From NCBI RefSeq assembly GCF_900130005.1, contig NZ_FQXP01000003.1, positions 59,643 to 91,642 of the forward strand: DNA of 32,000 bases, in the 5' to 3' direction. Source of the DNA: Clostridium collagenovorans DSM 3089 (GTDB taxonomy: Bacteria; Bacillota; Clostridia; Clostridiales; Clostridiaceae). Every line of letters begins with the position of its first letter. Position 1 is the stretch's first letter. Made by a program: the position numbers and the translations under genes. Under the pieces are notes generated by a model that saw only the letters and a list, made by a program, of their open reading frames with translations, ran no database searches and was not told where the DNA came from. Shown here piece by piece: positions 24,179-30,410 of the stretch.

Positions 24179-24799
24179 TTAACTTATTAAAGTACATATA
24201 ACTGTTATAGCCACGTACATGTATGGTTCTAATTTTAAAATTAAACTGTCCTTATTAGAAATTTCAACTACTGTGTTACTAGATAATTTAAGGAAGACTT
24301 TTCTAAGAACTTTAAATATAAGCCATCCTAAAATAGCTCCTAAGGAATTCATGATTAAATCAGTAACATCTGTACCACGACCATTAGTGAATAATTGTCC
24401 AAATTCAATAATCATAGAAAAAATTAATCCATAACATAGAGTGGGTAAGAAATTTCTAAACTTTTGCCAAAGTGTCGGTAATAAAAAACCAAAGGGCATA
24501 AAGAATAATATATTTAATATAGCAGAAATCTCAAATCCATCTGAAAATGGTATTAAATTAATATTAGGATTAAATATAGGCTTATTTAACTTAGAGAATC
24601 TTTGCCATTCACTTAAACAAGGAAACCCTACCACCTCTTTTAAGGAAATCATAAGATACAATATAAACAAGTATCCAAAGAAATAATGCTGCCAGTATAT
24701 TTTCTTATTAAGCGTTTTACTGCTTTTATTTAAAAAAATATTAAAAATAGTTATTAGAAAAAATGGTAATAGCATTGCTATTATGTAACTTTTCATCAT
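24179..24799 (-). CDS. VanZ-family membrane protein
   Basis: VanZ-like motifs NLIPF...ILNILFFMPFGFLLP and IEFGQLF..GRGTDVTDLIMNSLGAILGW. I prefer the ATG at 24799, 9 nt after GGAG; the longest ORF reaches 24814. Confidence 0.8.
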   Translation of the reverse strand: MMKSYIIAMLLPFFLITIFNIFLNKSSKTLNKKIYWQHYFFGYLFILYLMISLKEVVGFPCLSEWQRFSKLNKPIFNPNINLIPFSDGFEISAILNILFFMPFGFLLPTLWQKFRNFLPTLCYGLIFSMIIEFGQLFTNGRGTDVTDLIMNSLGAILGWLIFKVLRKVFLKLSSNTVVEISNKDSLILKLEPYMYVAITVICTLIS

Positions 24800-24978
24800 A
24801 AAACTCATCTCCATAGTTTGATAATAAATTTAAAGTAGCGTAGTAAAATTTACGGTGTTTTAATCATCCCAATATAGCATAACAACTTAAGCGAAAAATT
24901 ATCTTAACAAAATATTACAATAATCTTAATTCTGTAAAATATTTATAAGGTAATAAGGAGCCTTATTAGGTATATAGG

Positions 24979-25049
24979 GAGGAACATAAAAATTATTATA
25001 AGAAGAATAAGCTTCATTATAATTTATATTTTAAGGGTTCAGAAAGAAA
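24979..25049 (+). pseudogene. Relic copy of the msrA-domain 3' end / MsrA-MsrB linker (61 nt with 3 mismatches to 7791-7851)
   Basis: Direct alignment of AAAATTATTATAAGAAGAATAAGCTTCATTATAATTTATATTTTAAGGGTTCAGAAAGAAA against the msrAB copy. The frame reads ..[24 protein letters not shown], bounded by stops. Confidence 0.7.
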
Positions 25050-25115
25050 TTTGAGCTTAAATATAGTTTAGAGAAGAAGATTAATTTCAATGAGTAATAA
25101 GATGATATATTTACA

Positions 25116-25135
25116 ATCTTAATAATTCTTAATAA
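25116..25135 (+). promoter_or_regulatory. Tandem 10-bp direct-repeat operator ATCTTAATAA-TTCTTAATAA upstream of the methyltransferase/TCS operon
   Basis: It is identical over 20 nt to the reverse complement of 28592-28611. It lies just upstream of a TATAAT at 25167-25172. Confidence 0.55.
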
Positions 25136-25207
25136 ATACTAAACCAACTTTTTAATAATTACTACATATAATGGGCTTATTAAGTTGATTATAAGGGGAG
25201 ATATTTG

Positions 25208-25768
25208 ATGAAAGTTAAGTTTTTAATTCAGTATTTATTACATCCTAGAGCTACAGGAGCAGTTTTACCTAGTTCACAAAATCTATCTTCTAAAATTATT
25301 AAGAATATAGATTTTAAGGCTTGCGATTGTATAGTTGAATTTGGACCAGGTACAGGGGTTTTTACAAAAGAAATCTTAAATAGATGTAAGAAAGATACTA
25401 CAATTATATTAATTGAATACAATAAGGAGTTTTATAAAATATTGAAGAAAAAGTATTATTACATGGAAAATGTGCATGTAATAAATGATTCAGCAGAAAA
25501 TATTAATCATTATATAAATAAATATGGTATAAATAATGTAGATTATGTTGTATCAGGATTACCCTTTGCAAGTTTGCCAAAGGATATGACGGAGAAAATA
25601 TTAGTTAATACTAAGAGTGTACTTGGGCATAAAGGCACCTTTATTATGTTTCAATATACAAAGTTAAAAATGTCATTAATAAGAGATTATTTTAAAAATA
25701 TTAATATAAGCAGGGAGTTAATAAATATTCCTCCAGCATACGTTTTTACCTGCACAAATAAATTATAA
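25208..25768 (+). CDS. Class I SAM-dependent methyltransferase (RrnaAD/COG3963 phospholipid-N-methyltransferase-like)
   Basis: Motif I VEFGPGTGVFT preceded by TGAVLPSS. ATG at 25208 lies 7 nt after AAGGGGAG. Confidence 0.75.
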   Translation: MKVKFLIQYLLHPRATGAVLPSSQNLSSKIIKNIDFKACDCIVEFGPGTGVFTKEILNRCKKDTTIILIEYNKEFYKILKKKYYYMENVHVINDSAENINHYINKYGINNVDYVVSGLPFASLPKDMTEKILVNTKSVLGHKGTFIMFQYTKLKMSLIRDYFKNINISRELINIPPAYVFTCTNKL

Positions 25769-25780
25769 GGAGAGGATACA

Positions 25781-26467
25781 ATGAAAGGATATATTCTTAT
25801 AGTTGATGATGATGAAAATATAAGAAACTTATTAAGTATTTATTTAGAAAATGAGGGCTTTAAAACTATAAAAGCAGAGAGTGCAAAAAGAGCTATTGAG
25901 TTTATAGAAGAAAAGGATATAGAGTTAATACTTTTAGACATTATGATGCCAGAGTTAGATGGAATAGAAGCTTGTATGAGAATTAGAAAAGAAAATAATA
26001 TGCCAATAATTATGATATCTGCAAAGTCTGAAGATATGGATAAAATTCATGGATTAACAGCAGGTGCAGATGATTATATTACAAAGCCTTTTAATCCCTT
26101 AGAGCTTATAGCCAGAGTAAAATCACAGCTTAGAAGATATCAAAAATATAACATAGCTAACAATGATTCAAAGATTACAATTGAGATTGGAGAATTAATT
26201 ATTAATACTGATACTAGACAAGTGTGGATTTCTGAAAATGAAGCAAGATTAACACCAAAGGAGTTTGATATTCTAGAATTACTTGCAAGAAATAAGGGGA
26301 TTGTTTTAAGTATAAGAAAGATATATGAAGAAGTTTGGAAAGAGGAGTTTTTCAAATCAGATAATACTGTATCAGTACATATAACTAATTTAAGAGAGAA
26401 GATAGAAGCAGACCCTAAGGCTCCAATTTATATAAAAACTATATGGGGAGTAGGTTATAAAATATGA
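25781..26467 (+). CDS. OmpR-family response regulator, VanR-like
   Basis: Receiver domain (ILIVDDDENI, LILLDIMMPELDG, GADDYITKPFNPLELIARVKSQLRRY, as in VanR) and a winged helix (IWGVGYKI). Confidence 0.9.
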   Translation: MKGYILIVDDDENIRNLLSIYLENEGFKTIKAESAKRAIEFIEEKDIELILLDIMMPELDGIEACMRIRKENNMPIIMISAKSEDMDKIHGLTAGADDYITKPFNPLELIARVKSQLRRYQKYNIANNDSKITIEIGELIINTDTRQVWISENEARLTPKEFDILELLARNKGIVLSIRKIYEEVWKEEFFKSDNTVSVHITNLREKIEADPKAPIYIKTIWGVGYKI

Positions 26468-27762
26468 TTAAGGGAAAAAAACTTAGATTAAATTTAGTTT
26501 TAGGAGTGCTTGTAGGGTTTTTTATATATCAGTTTGCAATATGTGAGGGATTTGCTGTGCTTGTAGCAAAACATCAAGGAACAGGTGGATTATTAGAAAT
26601 ACCCTCTAAAGATATTGTTGTACTTAGAGTTTTAGCCTTAATATTATTTGGAGTTATTATTTTAGCATTTAATACTAAGAAATTTAAAAAGATAAATTTA
26701 AATAAAATGAGCTTATATCTAGTGTTTTCAATTATAGTTTCAGTTATAGTAGCTATTGAGTGTTGTGTTATTACTATGTCATTTATTTTAAGGTTGTATC
26801 CCAATATAGATAAAATAATGATGAATAATTATTTCTTAGCAATAAATTCAGTTTTCCTTCTTATTTTTTTTGGTGTTGGGATATTTTTAAGTATTTTTGT
26901 TATGTTAGTTAATAGAAAAGTAAAATATATTAAATTTATAACTAAAGAGGTTAAATTAATTAAAGATGAGGGCTTTGGTAAAACAATTGAAGTTAAAGGT
27001 AAGGATGAAATAGCAGAACTTTGTGAAAGCATAAATAATATGTCAGTTGAATTGCGTAAAAAAATAGACCATGAGAAAAACATAGAAAATGCCAAAAATG
27101 AGCTCATAACAAATGTATCTCATGATTTAAGAACACCACTTACCTCAGTAATAGGATATGTAGACCTGTTAAAAAAGAATGGATTCGAGGATAAGAAAGT
27201 CTTTGATGATTATATATCCATTATAGATGAAAGGACTAAGAATCTTAATAGATTAATTAATGAGCTTTTTGAATATACAAAGCTAAATAATAATGATATT
27301 AAATTGAATTATAGTAATGTTGAAATAGGCTCTTTAGTAGAGCAATTAGTTGGAGAATACATACCTATTTTAAATAAAGATGGCTTAGAAGTTGAGAGAT
27401 GTATTGAAAATAAAGATATATTTATAGATATAGACGTAGAAAAAATAGTAAGAGTTCTAGAAAATTTATTAATCAATGCAAAAAAGTATAGTGTAAAAAA
27501 CACTATGATTTCAGTAAAACTATTTAGTGAAAATGATAGTGTTATAATCTCTATAGGAAATAAGACGCAAAATATATGCGAGGAGGATTTAGAAAAACTA
27601 TTTGAGAGGTTTTATAAGAGAGATAAATCTAGAAACAATCAGGATAGCTCAGGACTTGGATTATCAATTGTGAAAAGAATAATGGAACTTCATAATGGTG
27701 ATATAACAGTAGGACTTAAAGAAGATATTATAGAATTTAAATTAATATTGCCATTAAGATAA
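26464..27762 (+). CDS. Sensor histidine kinase, VanS-like (multi-TM N-terminus, HAMP, HisKA, HATPase_c)
   Basis: H-box ELITNVSHDLRTPLTSVIGY, N-box LENLLINAKKYS and G-box SGLGLSIVKRIMELHNG. There is a 4-nt ATGA overlap with the RR gene. Confidence 0.9.
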   Translation: MIKGKKLRLNLVLGVLVGFFIYQFAICEGFAVLVAKHQGTGGLLEIPSKDIVVLRVLALILFGVIILAFNTKKFKKINLNKMSLYLVFSIIVSVIVAIECCVITMSFILRLYPNIDKIMMNNYFLAINSVFLLIFFGVGIFLSIFVMLVNRKVKYIKFITKEVKLIKDEGFGKTIEVKGKDEIAELCESINNMSVELRKKIDHEKNIENAKNELITNVSHDLRTPLTSVIGYVDLLKKNGFEDKKVFDDYISIIDERTKNLNRLINELFEYTKLNNNDIKLNYSNVEIGSLVEQLVGEYIPILNKDGLEVERCIENKDIFIDIDVEKIVRVLENLLINAKKYSVKNTMISVKLFSENDSVIISIGNKTQNICEEDLEKLFERFYKRDKSRNNQDSSGLGLSIVKRIMELHNGDITVGLKEDIIEFKLILPLR

Positions 27763-27826
27763 AATGATACTGTTGCACTAAACCTTACTTTCTAAAGGTA
27801 TTAATGCAACAGTATCATTTTTTAAC
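27761..27826 (+). terminator. Terminator of the TCS operon (17-bp outer stem with an inner 5-bp stem)
   Basis: AAAATGATACTGTTGCA (27761-27777) pairs with TGCAACAGTATCATTTT (27805-27821), followed by a T-run. Confidence 0.8.
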
Positions 27827-27887
27827 ATTGATTTAAACATTTTAATTAAACATTGATTTAAATGTTTGATTTGAAGTTCATTAATCA

Positions 27888-28526
27888 TTATATTGAAGAT
27901 TTAATTTTACGCCAAATCATAAAGGAGTAGTATGATATAAGTAGTAAAATTAAAAGAGCTATAAGTTTAAACCAAGATGCTTCAGTAAGTCCACTCCCTA
28001 AGAAACCATATAAGAATATAAGTGGTGCATCTACTAAAACAATTAGTGCAATACATTTTTTATAACCTAAATTTATATACCCAGCTGTAGCTGTTATTAA
28101 ATCAGAGGGCGTAACAGGACATATTATTCCAAGAGCTAAAATCTTATAACTATAAGTTTTAACTAGTTCTATAATACTCGGATTTTTGCTAATCCAATTG
28201 TCTTTAAGTAAGTTTTTATTAAAATATACACCTATGAAATACATAATACTTTGAGAGAAAAACAGTGCTAAAAGTGACAATATAAAGCTTGTATATGGAC
28301 CAAAGATAACACTTCCTATTAGTATAAAAACTGTTTGAGGTATAAAAATAAGAACTCTCATAGTAGATATAAATACAAATAGTATTTGCATTTCAATATA
28401 ATTTCCCTTAATAATAGAAATAAATTTACTACTATCTTTTGAGAGAAAGCCCATGTTATATAAAATTACTGCAATGCTTATCCAAAGCAAAATAATTAAA
28501 AGTAACTTAATTCCTTTTTTCATCAT
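27888..28526 (-). CDS. TVP38/TMEM64 (SNARE-associated, DedA-related VTT-domain) membrane protein
   Basis: Polytopic protein with the patterns IFIPQTVFILIGSVIFGP and ICPVTPSDLITATAGY characteristic of the family. Confidence 0.75.
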   Translation of the reverse strand: MMKKGIKLLLIILLWISIAVILYNMGFLSKDSSKFISIIKGNYIEMQILFVFISTMRVLIFIPQTVFILIGSVIFGPYTSFILSLLALFFSQSIMYFIGVYFNKNLLKDNWISKNPSIIELVKTYSYKILALGIICPVTPSDLITATAGYINLGYKKCIALIVLVDAPLIFLYGFLGSGLTEASWFKLIALLILLLISYYSFMIWRKIKSSI

Positions 28527-28591
28527 AAGTCTCTCCTTTAATCGTGATAAACCTATTGTAAAAAGGAAACTTTAAGATTTAATAATAAAAA

Positions 28592-28611
28592 TTATTAAGA
28601 ATTATTAAGAT
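28592..28611 (-). promoter_or_regulatory. Second copy of the tandem-repeat operator (ATCTTAATAATTCTTAATAA on the minus strand) upstream of the TVP38-family gene
   Basis: On the plus strand it reads TTATTAAGAATTATTAAGAT, a perfect ATTATTAAGA x2. It lies 66-85 nt upstream of the start codon, just upstream of a minus-strand TACAAT box. Confidence 0.55.
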
Positions 28612-28628
28612 ATATATTTTAATAAAAA

Positions 28629-28682
28629 CTCTTCAATATATTTAATTAGATAAGATCAGTTCAAAATAAATATATTGAAGAG
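28629..28682 (-). terminator. Second (tandem) minus-strand terminator, perfect 16-bp stem
   Basis: CTCTTCAATATATTTA (28629-28644) pairs with TAAATATATTGAAGAG (28667-28682). On the minus strand it is followed by AGTTTTTATT. Confidence 0.55.
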
Positions 28683-28711
28683 ATTATGAGAGGAAAACTA
28701 TAAATTGCAAT

Positions 28712-28756
28712 AAAAAATTGAACTAATTTAAGTTTATTATCTAAATTAGTTCAATT
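28712..28756 (-). terminator. Terminator of the FusB-like gene (15-bp stem plus U-run on the minus strand)
   Basis: AATTGAACTAATTTA (28716-28730) pairs with TAAATTAGTTCAATT (28742-28756). The plus-strand A-run at 28712-28716 gives the minus-strand U-run. Confidence 0.75.
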
Positions 28757-28790
28757 TGCTTAGAGTTCATATATTTTATTAAAAATAATA

Positions 28791-29447
28791 TCATTTTATA
28801 TTATTTACTTCCTTTAAAAGTTCTTCTAATTTTTCTGTTGATGTAATTCTTTCATTGCATTTTTTGCTATCTAAGCATATATGAAAACCTATAGATTTGT
28901 AAGCATCTGAATTGCTACTTGAGGTTTTGCATATAGGGGAAACGAAGGCCACATCATTTTCAGAAGCGACGTGATTGCAAAGTGTGCAGACATTTGCAGT
29001 AGATGTGTTTGTTTCAGAAAGTCTACAAGACATACCAACTAATTTTCCATTAAGATTATAAGCAATAAGTAGTTTTTTAATTCCAGGATCAATCCATCCT
29101 AAATACACAAGTTTTGAATCCTCATTTAACTTAGGAAGTTTAAGTTTCTTTTCCTTTCTAAATAGTTTACTAAGAGCTGCAGAACTTATCTTAGGCATTC
29201 CATACACATAGGAATCAAGTTCTTTTAAATATCCATCTATTTTAATAGGATCAATTAGCTTATCAATATTAAGTATGGATTTTTGGTCTTCAGTAAGCGT
29301 ATTAAATTGATTTAGAATTTTATTTTGAATATGTGCTTTAGTAGTGGTAACAATCATTGGATCAGGACAGTTTCTAAAGGTACTATTCAAGTCAAATAAA
29401 CATTTACATATATAATTAAATTCATGCTTTTTTATAAAAGCTTCCAT
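28791..29447 (-). CDS. FusB/FusC-family EF-G-binding protein (fusidic-acid-resistance-type ribosome clearance factor)
   Basis: Collinear with my recollection of S. aureus FusB: HEFNYI vs HQYNYI, LSKLFRKEKKLKLPKL vs LQKVFKKVKKIKIPQF, and YLGW..LIAYNLNGKLVGM vs FVGW..FIIYYDENKQLKGL. The four-Cys treble clef is CTLC...ICLDSKKC vs CTIC...ICRDSIHC. Confidence 0.8.
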   Translation of the reverse strand: MEAFIKKHEFNYICKCLFDLNSTFRNCPDPMIVTTTKAHIQNKILNQFNTLTEDQKSILNIDKLIDPIKIDGYLKELDSYVYGMPKISSAALSKLFRKEKKLKLPKLNEDSKLVYLGWIDPGIKKLLIAYNLNGKLVGMSCRLSETNTSTANVCTLCNHVASENDVAFVSPICKTSSSNSDAYKSIGFHICLDSKKCNERITSTEKLEELLKEVNNIK

Positions 29448-29466
29448 AATTTTAACACCTCATTTC

Positions 29467-29522
29467 AATAAAAAAAGATAATTATTATTTTCTAAATAAA
29501 TAGAGTAATAATAATTATCTTT
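29467..29522 (-). terminator. Terminator/attenuator hairpin immediately upstream of the FusB-like RBS (perfect 16-bp, almost all-AT stem plus T-run)
   Basis: On the minus strand, AAAGATAATTATTATT-17 nt-AATAATAATTATCTTT is followed by TTTTATT. The SD GAGGTG (29461-29456) then lies 8 nt before the ATG at 29447. Confidence 0.6.
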
Positions 29523-29657
29523 TATCTGTATTTTATAATGAACTACTCATTGTATACATATTTAGAATTAATTATTAGAACTTTTAATATGATATTACTC
29601 TAAAAGTATAACATCAATAAAAAGCTAGCTTCAAACTAATAAATAAGTATGTATTGA

Positions 29658-29936
29658 TTATGAGCATTTAGTTTTCCTATCACTTATAATTCTTCGTATG
29701 CTTTTATCTGATAAATAATATTCTAAGGAAAGCTCATTAATCGTACTTCCTTTAAGATATTTCTTATAAATTTCAGAATTTCTAATTTTAAGGCTTTTCT
29801 TTATTCCACTTTTTTCACCCCAAGGTGCACGCTTATTTTCTTTTGCAGGAACATAAAGAAATTCTCCCTCAACATATTCTTGTATTATTTTAATAATTTC
29901 TGGTGGTAACACATCTAAAGCTTTTTTATATTTCAT
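29658..29936 (-). CDS. Small HTH protein, CD3324/Mor-like family
   Basis: MKYKKALDVLPPEIIKIIQEYVEGEFLYVP...WGEKSG...INELSLEYYLSDKSIRRII matches the pattern I recall for the CD3324 family. AAGGAG RBS 7 nt upstream. Confidence 0.6.
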   Translation of the reverse strand: MKYKKALDVLPPEIIKIIQEYVEGEFLYVPAKENKRAPWGEKSGIKKSLKIRNSEIYKKYLKGSTINELSLEYYLSDKSIRRIISDRKTKCS

Positions 29937-29972
29937 ATCAGTACTCCTTAATATTTAATTTAATTATTAAAT

Positions 29973-30063
29973 CAAAGAATACAAAAGGCCATGCTGTGTC
30001 ACGGAACCTAAAATATATTGTTTTCAGCTAATTTAAAGGTTTAGGCTCCAAACAAAGCATAGC
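29973..30063 (-). terminator. Leader terminator: about 23-bp interrupted hairpin plus U-tract, with its 5' arm inside the leader ORF
   Basis: On the minus strand, GCUAUGCUUUGU-U-UGGAGCCU(AAA)...(UUU)AGGUUCCG-UG-ACACAGCAUGGC is followed by CUUUUGUAUUCUUU. The plus-strand arms are 30052-30063 with 30043-30050, and 30002-30009 with 29988-29999. Confidence 0.6.
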
Positions 30064-30129
30064 TGCTTTTAGTAATCTCTGAAAGGAGCAAGCTGATTTA
30101 CAGCTGAATGTATAAGTATATACTTTCAT
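30028..30129 (-). CDS. Candidate 33-aa leader peptide MKVYTYTFSCKSACSFQRLLKAAMLCLEPKPLN
   Basis: A perfect SD GGAGGTG (30143-30137) lies 7 nt before the ATG at 30129, and an extended -10 lies about 13 nt upstream of the SD. The stop codon falls in the loop of the downstream terminator. The ORF is below the track size cutoff. Confidence 0.45.
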   Translation of the reverse strand: MKVYTYTFSCKSACSFQRLLKAAMLCLEPKPLN

Positions 30130-30155
30130 AAGAAAACACCTCCAATATGTAAAAT

Positions 30156-30184
30156 ATTATATCATTAAATAAAAAAATATATAA
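30156..30184 (-). promoter_or_regulatory. Extended -10 promoter (TGATATAAT) with a weak -35 (TTATAT) driving the leader ORF
   Basis: Plus-strand ATTATATCA at 30156-30164 is the reverse complement of TGnTATAAT. Confidence 0.55.
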
Positions 30185-30410
30185 GATTTTTTGTGATTGC
30201 TATAAAAATACCTATACATTTAATTAAAAAATTTTTATTCATCTTTATAAATAGGAAAAATCTCAATTCATGATGGGAAATATGTTGTAGTGGAAGATAG
30301 CTCTTATAATGATTACCTTATAAAAACTAAATTTATTTAAGATTACTTTAAGGTAGGAATGTTATTCTCCATATATAAAAAAGAGTATCTTTATACAAGG
30401 AGGAAAAATC

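Noticed and set aside
9575-27503. Remaining short antisense track ORFs: 9575-9799, 11099-11545 (three ORFs), 11979-12242, 13621-13833, 14346-14528, 15375-15732, 15953-16186, 16366-16614, 18386-18730, 18415-18669, 19313-19525, 21950-22207, 22370-22576, 24219-24686(+), 25228-25422, 26140-26355 and 26574-27503
   Set aside because: Each overlaps a longer opposite-strand gene with recognisable domains. None has a credible SD/start arrangement.
27824-27867. Direct repeat AACATTGATTTAAA x2 (27824 and 27849) and the AAACAT/ATGTTT inverted repeat between the convergent kinase and TVP38 genes
   Set aside because: The repeats are short, all AT, and sit in a convergent 3' region. They are most simply a weak terminator for the minus-strand gene, and nothing suggests a mobile-element end or att site.
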